64,000 bases of DNA from Candidatus Bathyarchaeia archaeon (GCA_049517415.1 JBEKSC010000001.1:128001-192000), one strand, 5' to 3'; positions 1 to 10,011 are shown, counted from the first letter of the stretch. Numbers and translations are program-made. Notes: a model not told the origin generated them from the sequence alone.

Positions 1-7
1 TCACCAA

Positions 8-703
8 GTGAAGGATCCTACCAGATTTGGAGTTGCTCAACTTGACGGCGAAGGCCGGATTCGGCGGTTTGTTGAAAAACCTAAGGCCAAGGAAGCTCGT
101 AGCCGCCTAATTAACGCCGGAATTTACGTGGTTGAACCTGACGTTCTGCAAATGATTCCTGCAAACCGTAAGGTCTCGATGGAGAGGGAAATATTCCCCG
201 TTCTTGTTAACGAAGGAAAGCTAAGCGGATTTCCGTTTTCAGGCGACTGGTTCGACATCGGAAGCCTTTCAGATTATCAAAGGGCGAACTTTTCACTACT
301 TCAAAAACATGCCCAGCCGCTAACTTCGCGTAGCCGTGAAATTAAACTAGCCAGGGGCGCGGTGGTACGAGCGCCTGTCATTCTCGGCGAGGGTTCGCGA
401 CTAGAGAGTTTGGCTTCGGTGGGACCACGCGTCGTTGCAGGGAAGCACGAGTTAATCGAAAGTGGGGCACGAGTATCAAACTCCATCTTATTCGATGACG
501 TTTCAATAGGTGAGGGTTCAGTTGTTTCAGGTGCAATCCTGGCTTCTGGGGTGAAGGTAGGCAGAGGCGTAAGAATCGCTACCGGATCGATTATTTCGCC
601 GCATGTTCAGATCCGCGACGGAGTTAAGATCGGGAGAAATGCCATAATTCACCCGTACAAAGAAATCGAAGCGAGCATAAGACCGGGAACGAACGCAATG
701 TAA
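8..703 (+). CDS. NDP-sugar pyrophosphorylase (mannose-1-P guanylyltransferase/GlmU-like), probably 5'-truncated by window edge
   Basis: FVEKP, INAGIY and WFDIG motifs followed by a hexapeptide left-handed beta-helix; N-terminal GGxGTRL motif absent, so the gene likely starts upstream of the window. Confidence 0.85.
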   Translation: MKDPTRFGVAQLDGEGRIRRFVEKPKAKEARSRLINAGIYVVEPDVLQMIPANRKVSMEREIFPVLVNEGKLSGFPFSGDWFDIGSLSDYQRANFSLLQKHAQPLTSRSREIKLARGAVVRAPVILGEGSRLESLASVGPRVVAGKHELIESGARVSNSILFDDVSIGEGSVVSGAILASGVKVGRGVRIATGSIISPHVQIRDGVKIGRNAIIHPYKEIEASIRPGTNAM

Positions 704-705
704 CC

Positions 706-2094
706 TTGGCGATTAGGTTGGAAGAAAGGAAGCTTTTCGGAACAAATGGTGTGCGCGGCGTTGTAAACAAGGAACTAACACCTGAACTCGCCTTGAAATT
801 GTCCATGGCAACTGGCACTTACTTCAAAGGGGCGGATTTGACCGTTGGGTGTGACGGGCGGGTTTCCAGCCCCGTCTTCTTGGATATCGTCTGCGCCGGG
901 TTGGCCAGCGTTGGTTGCCAGGTCTGGAAATTGGGCATGATAACGACGCCCGGTTTACAGTTTCTGACGAAGGACTGGGGGCTCAAAGGTGGCATAATGG
1001 TTACTGCCAGCCATAACCCGCCTGAGTACAATGGGTTGAAAGTCATGGGAAATATGGGAGTTGAACTCCCACACGAGGACGAGTTGAAAATTGAACGGAC
1101 ATACTTCCATTCAAAGTGGAAGGTCACAGACTGGGATAGAATCAAGCAACCTCTCCCCGTAGCCGAGAAATTCTCAGCCTATATCAGGTCCATCATTGAC
1201 AATGTGGGCGAAATCCCACGACAAGCACACCTAAAGGTACTAATTGACGCAGCGAACGGAGTCAGTGTCCTTTCGATGCCCACTCTAATTGAAAGATTAG
1301 GTGGAACTGTCTCCATTGTAAATGGCAATATCGACGGAACATTTCCAGGAAGAATGTCAGAACCAACACCAGCAAATTTACGAAAAACTTCCGATATCCT
1401 CCCCTCCCTCCATGCTGACTTCGGCGTCGCATTCGACGGTGACGGAGACAGAGCCGTCTTCCTCGATGAACATGGCTCCGTCTGCTGGGGGGACCATACA
1501 TTTGCCCTAATCGTAAAAGATTTCCTGGAAAATCATCCCGGGCAGAAGATCGTAACACCGATCAGCTCCTCCATGATTATAGAGGAAATTGCTGAGAAAT
1601 ACGGCGGCGAAGTTGTATACACACCTGTTGGAAGCGTGTACGTTTCGAACCTCATGCTGAAAATACGGGCTAACCTGGGTGGAGAAGAGAATGGAGGAAT
1701 CTTCTACGCACCCCACGTAGCTGCCCGAGATGGGGGAATCACAACCGCTATGGTCTACCGAATCCTTGCCGAGAAAAAGCGACCCCTATCAAGACTAATC
1801 GGTGAGCTACCCAAGTCCTACATTGTCAAAGACAAAATGCCATGCCCAGATTCAATCAAGGCAAAGGTAACACAAGCAGTCCGTGACCTACCAAGAAAAG
1901 GCAAAGTCCTAGACATAGACGGAATCAAGGTGTGGATTCCACCCCGTTCTTGGATACTTATCCGCCCCAGCGGAACAGAACCCATCTTCCGAATTCTAGC
2001 AGAAGCGCCAACGAAAGGCTTTGCGATGAAAGTGGTGAACGATTACAAAAAGAAACTCGCCCGAATAATCAAGGAGTGCATAAAGAATGTTTGA
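706..2094 (+). CDS. glmM: phosphoglucosamine mutase / phosphohexomutase
   Basis: FGTNGVRG, TASHNP phosphoserine loop, DGDGDR metal loop, GEENGG, RPSGTEP. Confidence 0.85.
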   Translation: MAIRLEERKLFGTNGVRGVVNKELTPELALKLSMATGTYFKGADLTVGCDGRVSSPVFLDIVCAGLASVGCQVWKLGMITTPGLQFLTKDWGLKGGIMVTASHNPPEYNGLKVMGNMGVELPHEDELKIERTYFHSKWKVTDWDRIKQPLPVAEKFSAYIRSIIDNVGEIPRQAHLKVLIDAANGVSVLSMPTLIERLGGTVSIVNGNIDGTFPGRMSEPTPANLRKTSDILPSLHADFGVAFDGDGDRAVFLDEHGSVCWGDHTFALIVKDFLENHPGQKIVTPISSSMIIEEIAEKYGGEVVYTPVGSVYVSNLMLKIRANLGGEENGGIFYAPHVAARDGGITTAMVYRILAEKKRPLSRLIGELPKSYIVKDKMPCPDSIKAKVTQAVRDLPRKGKVLDIDGIKVWIPPRSWILIRPSGTEPIFRILAEAPTKGFAMKVVNDYKKKLARIIKECIKNV

Positions 2095-3094
2095 TTTCTA
2101 TTCAGTGACGAACATCGCGCTCATTTTCATTATCACGTTCCTTGCGACATTCATAGCCACTCCCGCAGTGGCGAAACTGATGAAACGCCGCGGCATAACG
2201 GGCGAAGATGTCCACAAACTTTCGAAAGTCAAAATACCCGAAATGTGCGGCCTAGCTATCTTAGTTGGGCTTACAATTGGAATAACAGCCTATGTAGCCC
2301 TGCGCCCATCTGCCATTCGCGAAGCTGTTGCTTTTCTAGGGACAGTTCTGATCGCGGGAGGGATAGGCGTAGTTGACGATTTGCGGCCCCTAGGCGCCAG
2401 GGTGAAACCGCTTCTCACGGCCGTTGCATGTTTGCCCATTCTAATCCTACGGACATATGTGCCGGACCCAGTTATTCCATTCATTGGCCCTGTGCGGCTT
2501 ACGTTGGTCTATCCAATCCTAATACCAATAGCGATCGCAACCACATCTAATGGCATTAACATGATGGATATTATGAATGGATCAATGCCCGGCACTGTGG
2601 CCATAATCGCGGCTGCAGCAACTGCCGTCCTATTAATCTCAGGTGATTTGCAGACAGCTTCTCTCGCTGCGGGGTTGTTAGCGGCTATGCTCGCATTTTA
2701 CTACTTTAACCGATTCCCTTCACAAGTTTTCGATGGGGACACCGGAAGCCTTGCCGTAGGGGCTGCCCTCGGAGCCCTAGCGATCCTGGGCAGGGTCGAG
2801 ACAGTTATGGTTGTGGCGATGATACCCCACATCATGAATGCGTTCTACGGCCTCGCGTCAGTAGGAGGACTGCATGAAAGGCGCGAAATCCATCAGCGAC
2901 CAATCAGATTATTGGATAATGGATTACTCAAGGCCAGTACCGAAAAAGGTGCACCTGTCACGGTTGCTAGACTCATATTGGCTGAAGGGCCGCTCGGCGA
3001 GAAAGATATCGTCAAGGGAATGATGATTCTTACAGCAGTTTCTTCCTGCCTTGCACTCTTAACTTATTGGATAATGGTTGCTGTTAGGCTTTGA
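2087..3094 (+). CDS. UDP-GlcNAc:dolichyl-phosphate GlcNAc-1-phosphotransferase (MraY/GPT/AglH family)
   Basis: Multi-TM protein; DVHK, PEMCG, GVVDD, NMMDIMNG and FDGDTGS motifs of glycosyltransferase family 4. Confidence 0.85.
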   Translation: MFDFYSVTNIALIFIITFLATFIATPAVAKLMKRRGITGEDVHKLSKVKIPEMCGLAILVGLTIGITAYVALRPSAIREAVAFLGTVLIAGGIGVVDDLRPLGARVKPLLTAVACLPILILRTYVPDPVIPFIGPVRLTLVYPILIPIAIATTSNGINMMDIMNGSMPGTVAIIAAAATAVLLISGDLQTASLAAGLLAAMLAFYYFNRFPSQVFDGDTGSLAVGAALGALAILGRVETVMVVAMIPHIMNAFYGLASVGGLHERREIHQRPIRLLDNGLLKASTEKGAPVTVARLILAEGPLGEKDIVKGMMILTAVSSCLALLTYWIMVAVRL

Positions 3095-3327
3095 AACGCA
3101 TTCTGCCACTAGCTGCGATTGAGGTATTTGTCTGGTTGATTCTTCTTCTGTGTACGCTGCTCGTATCGAAGTTTGCTTTTTCCATAAACCTAGGTAATGC
3201 GACAATACTGCAACGCATCGCTACCCAAGTGGCGCGAAATTCCTTAGCTGGTGTAATTGTTGTCATTTGGTTACTGGTTTGGAAGAAAGTCACTGACTCA
3301 TACTTGTGGCGTGCCCTAGGCCGATAA
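3091..3327 (+). CDS. small two-TM membrane protein
   Basis: TTGA overlap with the upstream stop; two hydrophobic helices. Confidence 0.6.
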   Translation: MKRILPLAAIEVFVWLILLLCTLLVSKFAFSINLGNATILQRIATQVARNSLAGVIVVIWLLVWKKVTDSYLWRALGR

Positions 3328-3331
3328 ACGG

Positions 3332-4399
3332 TTAGGACTTGAAAATTCGCTGAATGATGACGCGGAGTGGATCTTCCATACTTCGCACTAACTTAGCTGA
3401 CTTCTTCTGGTAGAATTCACGGAAGTCATCGCTCTTTGATATCGCAAAGGCCCTTTGAGCGATTCGACCCGGGTCCAGGACCCTTTCAACCAAACCGTAT
3501 TTTATGAGAAACCTCTCTACGAAAGTTGGTTCGCCGGGGTAATACGAGATCACCGGAACTCCGAGCAGGGCGGCCTCTGCGGTCATGGTCCCACCACCTC
3601 CGACGAACACAGATGAGGCACGTACGAGAGGTATAGCGTCGATAACATGTTCAGGAACAATTACGCGGTCTCCGAAACGTTTCTTAAGCCTGTCACGTTG
3701 CACGTCGTACCTCGGCAAGATCACAATCTGCATGCCGTCACCGTTGATTTCCAAGACTTTCCCGATAACATCCGTCACCTTACTCGACAAAGTTGGTGAC
3801 CTTTCAGTGAGATATGCTGCGAACTCTTCAGGGGTTCTAACCACAAGGATAGGCTTGTTCGGATCTAACTTTAGACCGTCGAACGCCTCCTTGTTACTTT
3901 TGTAGCTACTCAACCATACTATCGGATCTAGAGCCTTGTACCTGACAACATCCCTCGGAGCTGCACCGTACCGCGACCAAGCGTATATTGGAATCACCCA
4001 GGGCGTGAACAGTTTTTGTGAGAGAGGTATTGTCAGCCTGCAGACTGCGTCAGCATGAGGCGAATCACTGACGCAAAAGTGAGGAACCTTTAGGCCGAAT
4101 GCGACTCTGGCTGCCTCGGGCGATGAAAATGAAATTGCGACATCTGGTTTTTGGTTTTCTATGACTTCAGTTAGATCTGAAACCCGTCTGGAACTTTCGA
4201 GTAGTTTGTCCTTGAGCTCTCCGCCGCCATGGCGCCCGACTTGAATGGCTTTAGTCCCTTTGAGGTCCAGCAGTTCATTTACTTCTCGGTATTGTCGTGT
4301 AGTCAAGACGGTCTTGAAACCTTTGGCAATAAGACGGTGTTGGAGTTCGCCTAGGAAATTGGCTTGCTTTGGCGTAAGTACGTCTAACCAAACCTTCAT
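3332..4399 (-). CDS. DUF354 family GT-B fold protein (putative glycosyltransferase/epimerase)
   Basis: MKVWLDVLTPKQ N-terminus, GRHGG, GGGGTMTAEAALLGVP. Confidence 0.8.
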   Translation of the reverse strand: MKVWLDVLTPKQANFLGELQHRLIAKGFKTVLTTRQYREVNELLDLKGTKAIQVGRHGGGELKDKLLESSRRVSDLTEVIENQKPDVAISFSSPEAARVAFGLKVPHFCVSDSPHADAVCRLTIPLSQKLFTPWVIPIYAWSRYGAAPRDVVRYKALDPIVWLSSYKSNKEAFDGLKLDPNKPILVVRTPEEFAAYLTERSPTLSSKVTDVIGKVLEINGDGMQIVILPRYDVQRDRLKKRFGDRVIVPEHVIDAIPLVRASSVFVGGGGTMTAEAALLGVPVISYYPGEPTFVERFLIKYGLVERVLDPGRIAQRAFAISKSDDFREFYQKKSAKLVRSMEDPLRVIIQRIFKS

Positions 4400-5229
4400 T
4401 TAACTATCAGCCTCGCCGTTGGCGATTTCTTGGAATTGCTCCATCGGTATAGAAACGATTCGCGAAAAATTCTGATCAAACCAGGGTTCTTTGTGTGATT
4501 TGGAGTATACACAATTGGATTCCAATGTCGCTCCGCTTCTTCAGCTGCCCATATCACGAAGATCAGATCTTTATTATCTACTAGGGTTCCGCGAACGGGA
4601 TGCCATGGGTCAGGCGTTTCTCTGATTTGTGCCCCCATATCTCTCAGATCATCGAGATGCCGTTTAACCTGGCTGTCGGCGAACTGCATCAAGATCTTAA
4701 CACTCACACCTCTCGCCAAAGAGTTCCTGAGTTGAGGTTTCAGCTTGGGAAGCCAAGAGAACAACGCAGTGGATATCAAGACCTCATTAGAGGCTTCTTG
4801 AACATACTCGCTGGTTCTCTTTTCCATCACTCTTAGATCTTCCAAAGACTCAAGCAGTTCCTCGGCCTTCACTTGGAGATGGCTTTCCACATAGATCGGC
4901 TCCACCTGTCTTTGCAGATCTCCCATAGTTTCCTCCATCGTGAGTAGGTTTCTTTCAAAATTCCTACGCGCATGCGTTAGGTATTCGCGCTTGGCTTCCT
5001 CGGGGGAAATGGCACGAAACTTTTTCGGCCTGCTCTCCACTATTCTCGCGAAGCCCTTCTGCATCAGTTGCTCAAGGGTTCCATAAACCCGCGTTATCGG
5101 TACGGAAGTCATTTTGGAGATTTCTTCCGCTGTTAATTCTCGGCTTTTCAAAAGCGCAAGATACGCCTCCGATTCATAGGAGGTTAAGCCGATGCTTCGC
5201 AAAGATTCCGTGATGCGTGAAGCGGGCAT
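4396..5229 (-). CDS. TrmB family transcriptional regulator
   Basis: GLTSYESEAYLALL...VPITRVYGTLEQL..KGF...SRPKKF HTH plus PLD-like effector domain. Confidence 0.9.
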   Translation of the reverse strand: MPASRITESLRSIGLTSYESEAYLALLKSRELTAEEISKMTSVPITRVYGTLEQLMQKGFARIVESRPKKFRAISPEEAKREYLTHARRNFERNLLTMEETMGDLQRQVEPIYVESHLQVKAEELLESLEDLRVMEKRTSEYVQEASNEVLISTALFSWLPKLKPQLRNSLARGVSVKILMQFADSQVKRHLDDLRDMGAQIRETPDPWHPVRGTLVDNKDLIFVIWAAEEAERHWNPIVYTPNHTKNPGLIRIFRESFLYRWSNSKKSPTARLIVK

Positions 5230-5296
5230 GATTAACTCGTGTAGAGTTAAAAACAGTTAAATATTTCTATGGCTGCCCCTACGCAAGGTCCGGTCA

Positions 5297-6700
5297 ATGT
5301 CTTCACCCACACCATCGCCTCAGACACTCATGTCCCTTGAGCCCGGTGAAATTGCTGTCAGAATTCGTGCTGGCGCACTAACCATTGGGGTAGTCGGGCT
5401 AGGTTGGATGGGATTACCGACAGCATGCCTCTACGCCGACGCAGGTGCCCGGGTTATCGGTGCGGATATGAATCCTAAGGTTGTCGAACGAGTGGGTAAA
5501 GGAGACCCACCAATCGATGAGACAGGCCTCCCCGCCATGCTGAAGAAAGCGACGAGGTCTGGCAAACTTACGGCGACTACGAGCACAGAAGAAGCCGCTG
5601 CCGACTCGGATGTTTTATTCATCGTCGTTCCAACAATGATCGATAGACAGAAACGAGCAGATTACTCTGCCGTCGAAGACGTCTGCGTGAGCATTGGGAA
5701 GGGGTTGAGGAACGGTAGCCTAGTGATATTCATGAGCACTTGTGGGCCAGGTGTAACCGAACGTGTAGTAAAGGCGACAATTGAGAAATACTCAGGACTC
5801 ATCGCAGGCCAAGGATTCGGTCTCGCCTACAGTCCGATTCGTGCCATGGGCGGAAGAGCGCTCCAAGACATGCAGAGCTATAGCAAAATTGTTGGAGCCG
5901 TTGATAAGAAAAGCCTTGAAGCAGCTTGCGCCGCAATCTCAGTAATAGTGAAAGGGGAACTGATCCGCGTCCGAGATATTCGGACTGCAGAATTATCAAA
6001 GCTCTTTGAGACGATTTACAGAGACGTTAACATTGCACTCGCCAACGAGTTCGCACTTCTCTGCGAGGAGGTGGGTGTGGACTACTTGGAGACTATGAGG
6101 ACCGCCAACAGTCAACCATTTTCTCATCTCCATTCAACGGGCGTTGGCGTGGGAGGTCACTGCTTACCAGTCTACCCATACCTACTGGCGAGCGAAACTT
6201 ACGCGCTCGACGCTCGACTCAGGTTAGTCCTAGAGGGGCGGAAAATAAACGACCTCATGCCCCGCCACGTCACAAAGCTTGCTTCCGATGGCATGCGGGT
6301 TTCAGGCAAATCACTCAAAAGAGCAAAGGTGGTTGTCCTCGGAATCAGTTACCGACCCAACGTCAAAGAGACACGCTATTCCCCATCTCTCGACCTCATA
6401 GCAATCCTAAGGAAACGTGGGGCACGAGTCACAGCCTTCGATCCTCTCTTCAACGCATCCGACATGGAGTCGCTCGGACTCACGTCTGAACAAACCCTGC
6501 GCAAGGCCGTTGAGAAAGCGGACTGCGTGATATTAACGGTCGCACACGACGATTTCAAGAATATGGATACCGTTGAGCTTGCCGCGCACATGTTGAAGAA
6601 GGGGCTGATCATCGATTGCACAGGGATCCTTGACCCCACAAGTGTGGAAAAGAGCGGGCTCGTCTACAGAGGTGTCGGGAGGGGTCTGTGGACACGTTGA
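5297..6700 (+). CDS. UDP-N-acetylhexosamine 6-dehydrogenase (WecC/WbpA family)
   Basis: GLGWMG, IVVPT, KLFETIYRDVNIALANE, GVGGHCLP catalytic Cys, GISYRPNVKETRYSP. Confidence 0.88.
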   Translation: MSSPTPSPQTLMSLEPGEIAVRIRAGALTIGVVGLGWMGLPTACLYADAGARVIGADMNPKVVERVGKGDPPIDETGLPAMLKKATRSGKLTATTSTEEAAADSDVLFIVVPTMIDRQKRADYSAVEDVCVSIGKGLRNGSLVIFMSTCGPGVTERVVKATIEKYSGLIAGQGFGLAYSPIRAMGGRALQDMQSYSKIVGAVDKKSLEAACAAISVIVKGELIRVRDIRTAELSKLFETIYRDVNIALANEFALLCEEVGVDYLETMRTANSQPFSHLHSTGVGVGGHCLPVYPYLLASETYALDARLRLVLEGRKINDLMPRHVTKLASDGMRVSGKSLKRAKVVVLGISYRPNVKETRYSPSLDLIAILRKRGARVTAFDPLFNASDMESLGLTSEQTLRKAVEKADCVILTVAHDDFKNMDTVELAAHMLKKGLIIDCTGILDPTSVEKSGLVYRGVGRGLWTR

Positions 6701-7656
6701 AGAAGCTTAGGACAGCAGTTATCGGGACAGGTTTCTGGGGAAAAAACCAAGCGCGCGTGCTATCGCAGTTGGATGTTGCGGAACTAGTGTGCGTCTGCGA
6801 CATCAACGAAGTCAGCGCAAAGGTTGTAGGAGCAGAATTCCAAGTACCTTACTCCACGCGTCTCGACGAGGTACTCTCACGCAAAGACCTAGACGCCGTA
6901 ACGATTTGCACCCCGACCACAACCCACAAGCAAGTCGCAACACAGGCTTTGTTGGCGGGTAAGCATGCCCTCGTTGAGAAACCGATGACAAATACGGTTG
7001 CGGAAGCTCGTGAACTACTCTCCCTTGCAAAACGAGAGGGCCGCAGGTTGATGCCCGGTCACATTGAACGGTTCAACCCCGCAGTTGACTACCTGAAAAC
7101 CTTGCTTGATGATGGAAAACTCGGGACGGTTACGCTCCTTCTCGCGAGGCGGGTGGGAAGGTGGCCGGAGAGGATTGGTGATGTCGGTGTTGTGAGGGAC
7201 ACGGCCATCCATGATATCGACTTGGCTAGATATGTATTCAATGATAATGTCAGCTCAGTTCACGCGAGAACAGGCAGCATTAAACACACGAAGGAAGATT
7301 ACGCCGAGATTATGCTCCAATTTCAAAACGGAGGGACAGCCTTCATTGATGCAAACTGGTTAACACCCAGAAAAGCACGCACACTGATCGTAACTGGAAG
7401 CGAAGCCACCGTGCAGCTTGATTACATTACACAGGAAGTCCTCGTCGAAAATTCTAACACATCTTTCAAACCGAATTTGGAAAGAAAAGAGCCTCTACGA
7501 GCTGAACTCGCACATTTTTGCACCTCTGTGCTCAATGATCAACCATTTCGTGCAAACGCCGAGGACGGATTACGTGCCGTCGAAATCTGTGAAGTTGTTC
7601 TTCAATCCGGTACCTTGGGGCGGACGGTCACGCTAACCGTTCCCTCCCCGAGTTAA
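6688..7656 (+). CDS. Gfo/Idh/MocA oxidoreductase (UDP-GlcNAcA 3-dehydrogenase WbpB-like)
   Basis: GTGFWG, EKP, GHIERFNPA, DTAIHDID. Confidence 0.8.
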   Translation: MDTLKKLRTAVIGTGFWGKNQARVLSQLDVAELVCVCDINEVSAKVVGAEFQVPYSTRLDEVLSRKDLDAVTICTPTTTHKQVATQALLAGKHALVEKPMTNTVAEARELLSLAKREGRRLMPGHIERFNPAVDYLKTLLDDGKLGTVTLLLARRVGRWPERIGDVGVVRDTAIHDIDLARYVFNDNVSSVHARTGSIKHTKEDYAEIMLQFQNGGTAFIDANWLTPRKARTLIVTGSEATVQLDYITQEVLVENSNTSFKPNLERKEPLRAELAHFCTSVLNDQPFRANAEDGLRAVEICEVVLQSGTLGRTVTLTVPSPS

Positions 7657-8013
7657 CTGATGTTGAGAGACGAAATCACGAATGAAATTTGTAGCGAATA
7701 AGTCAGCTCGCTTCTCCACTTGTCCCCTTCTCATGATCTGCGAAGCCCTGAGATGGTGGTAGAACTCGTGCAAGATCACGAAGGGGTTTGTTATGTATTC
7801 ACTCTTCGACAAGTAGATCCGCCTCTCTTTCTCCAAGTAGCAAGCCAAAACCCTTCTGTGCCGCTTTACTGTGCCAACCTTCAGAGCTGGCTCGCTAACT
7901 GTGTAGTATTTTGAGAGGAGCTTCAGGGCAAGCTCGGCCCGTCCGTCGATTATGAGACCGACCACTCTCGCGCGAAACAGCTGCTCCGAACCATCAGGGG
8001 CCTGTGGATTCAT
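7633..8013 (-). CDS. small HEXXH (zincin-like) hypothetical protein
   Basis: VILHEFYHH followed by EKRADLFA, a typical zincin third-ligand arrangement. Confidence 0.65.
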   Translation of the reverse strand: MNPQAPDGSEQLFRARVVGLIIDGRAELALKLLSKYYTVSEPALKVGTVKRHRRVLACYLEKERRIYLSKSEYITNPFVILHEFYHHLRASQIMRRGQVEKRADLFATNFIRDFVSQHQLTRGGNG

Positions 8014-8179
8014 TGGGCAACAGGCTGAGGAGACTCGAACGTGGTATATTTTTCTTGGGAGCGATTGGTTGCTCGACTGTTTTGACGGGTAACGTTGAAG
8101 GCGTTGCGGGTGCTCCGCACGATGGACAGAATCTCAGATTAGCTGTGGATTGGCTTCCACAGTTCGTGTAGAAAGCCAA
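7994..8179 (-). pseudogene. degenerate zinc-ribbon protein remnant
   Basis: MAFYTNCG...FCPSCG: first Cys of the usual FCxxCG replaced by Tyr; the frame then runs into non-conserved sequence. Confidence 0.4.
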
Positions 8180-8427
8180 GTCTTACCGAGTATTACATGT
8201 CTATCAATGTGCACCTAAGATTTCGGCCCCTGCGTATCACTCTCTACTAGGAGCTCTTGTTACGGTATGTGTTCGTCTATATTTTGAGAGAAAGGAATCC
8301 TTCAGATGCGTCCTGACTTTGGCAGCGGCCACTAGCGATATTGTAATTTAATTGCCCCGCGTTTCCAGAAGTTCGTAGATCGTCACATAGGAAGCCGTTT
8401 AGAGAAGCATGCAGGTATAGTTGTCAC

Positions 8428-9063
8428 ATGTCTCAGAATTTCGATGGGCGACGACCTCGTCCTAGGATTGAAGGACTCGCTGACCTAGTTTTCGGGCTTT
8501 CGCTCTCGCTAGGCTCTCTATCTCTAGTCATCAGTCTACCCAACAGCGTCTCCGAACTTGACAACCACATACTTGCGTTTGTTTTCACATTCTTCTTCTT
8601 GATCACAGTGTGGATTAGCTACACTGGTTCTATGTCCGTTCTGCCTGCGGAGACGACGCTGGTCCTCGGCCTCAACATCATACTGTTACTGTTAGTTGCG
8701 ATTGTACCGTTCCTGTTGAATGTAGTAGCACTCGGAAATCCCTCGCTCACCGCCGCAGAAAACATTTTGATTCGTAACCATGCTTCGACGCTATTCGCAA
8801 TAGACCTTTCTGGACTATGGCTGATACTTGCACTCTTCTACCATATTCTAGGACAAGAGAAAGCGAAGTTGGTTGCACAAGACCTGCTAAGAGTATACAG
8901 GAATAGAAGAAACATGATGTTCATCTTAGTGGGCATCATGCTCTTGTCCACCGCACCTATCTTCTTAGCCTACACGATTCTGGGCTACCCAGCGAAGTTC
9001 TACATATGGTACGTACCGATCATAATTTTTTGGGCGAGAAGATTAACCAACTTTCGTTGGTAG
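8428..9063 (+). CDS. TMEM175-family potassium channel-like membrane protein
   Basis: RIEGLADLVFGLSLSL matches the RxxxFSDxVFAI TM1 motif; about 6 TM; NxxLL..V...PF in TM3. Confidence 0.7.
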   Translation: MSQNFDGRRPRPRIEGLADLVFGLSLSLGSLSLVISLPNSVSELDNHILAFVFTFFFLITVWISYTGSMSVLPAETTLVLGLNIILLLLVAIVPFLLNVVALGNPSLTAAENILIRNHASTLFAIDLSGLWLILALFYHILGQEKAKLVAQDLLRVYRNRRNMMFILVGIMLLSTAPIFLAYTILGYPAKFYIWYVPIIIFWARRLTNFRW

Positions 9064-9312
9064 ACTAGCAGTGAAACGAAGACTAGAGGGGGCGTGGAAA
9101 CAACTCTGGAACGTCAATTCGTGGGTGTATGCTGGGGCGTAGAAAGGGCGAGCGTAAGCGAGGAGCTGGGTCAGTTGGCGCGGGCAACTGAATTTGAACC
9201 GTCAATAAAAATGAAACTTTGGTGGCTAGACCTACTATGATATTTAATTAGAATGGGAGACCAAAATGGTATATTTCAGTTGAAACGTGAGTAAAATACG
9301 GATGATTCTGCG

Positions 9313-9591
9313 TTGAAGCGGAAATTGATGGATATACTCGCCTGCCCAATAGACAAATCCTATCCGCTTGACCTGCTCGTCTTCGAGGAAAAAGAAGAAA
9401 TCAGTTCAGGAATAATCACATGCCCAAAATGCAACCGATACTACCCGATAATTGACGAGATTCCGCACATGCTTCCCGACGAGCTGAGAGAGCGAGATGA
9501 AGATCTGAAATTCCTTGAGAAATGGCGAAGCAAGATTCCCGAAAAAGTTCTCACCGAAGGAAAACCTTTCAGCCTTAAACCACCCGGATAA
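9313..9591 (+). CDS. Trm112 family methyltransferase activator
   Basis: LMDILACPIDK...CPKCNRYYPIIDEIPHMLP. Confidence 0.9.
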   Translation: MKRKLMDILACPIDKSYPLDLLVFEEKEEISSGIITCPKCNRYYPIIDEIPHMLPDELRERDEDLKFLEKWRSKIPEKVLTEGKPFSLKPPG

Positions 9592-9621
9592 AACCTTTAG
9601 AGAGCAAAATGAATGTGAAAG

Positions 9622-10011
9622 GTGGGAAGTGCGTTGAAGCAACTCGTTCGAACACCTAATGGCCCCCAACCCTTGGGGCCATACTCTCAGGGTGTCATAG
9701 CAGGTAATCTTCTGTTCGTGGCAGGCCAAGGAGCAACCGAGCCTAAAACTGGACAGATGGCTGAGGGAATAGAGGCCCAAACTCGTCAGACATTAGCGAA
9801 CATCAAAGGCATCGTCGAAGCCTCAGGCTTTTCAATGCGCGACGTGGTAAAGATATCAATCTTTCTCAAGAACATGGATGATTTCAAGAGGGTGAACGAA
9901 GTCTACAAGACGTTCTTTGCCGAGGCCCCCCCAGCAAGAACTACCGTCGAGGCTAAACTACCTGTACAAGGCATGCTCATTGAGATTGATGCCATTGCAT
10001 ATAGGGAATGA
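9622..10011 (+). CDS. ridA: RidA/YjgF enamine/imine deaminase
   Basis: GPYSQG, LFVAGQ, PPARTTVE, IEIDAIA. Confidence 0.9.
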   Translation: MGSALKQLVRTPNGPQPLGPYSQGVIAGNLLFVAGQGATEPKTGQMAEGIEAQTRQTLANIKGIVEASGFSMRDVVKISIFLKNMDDFKRVNEVYKTFFAEAPPARTTVEAKLPVQGMLIEIDAIAYRE

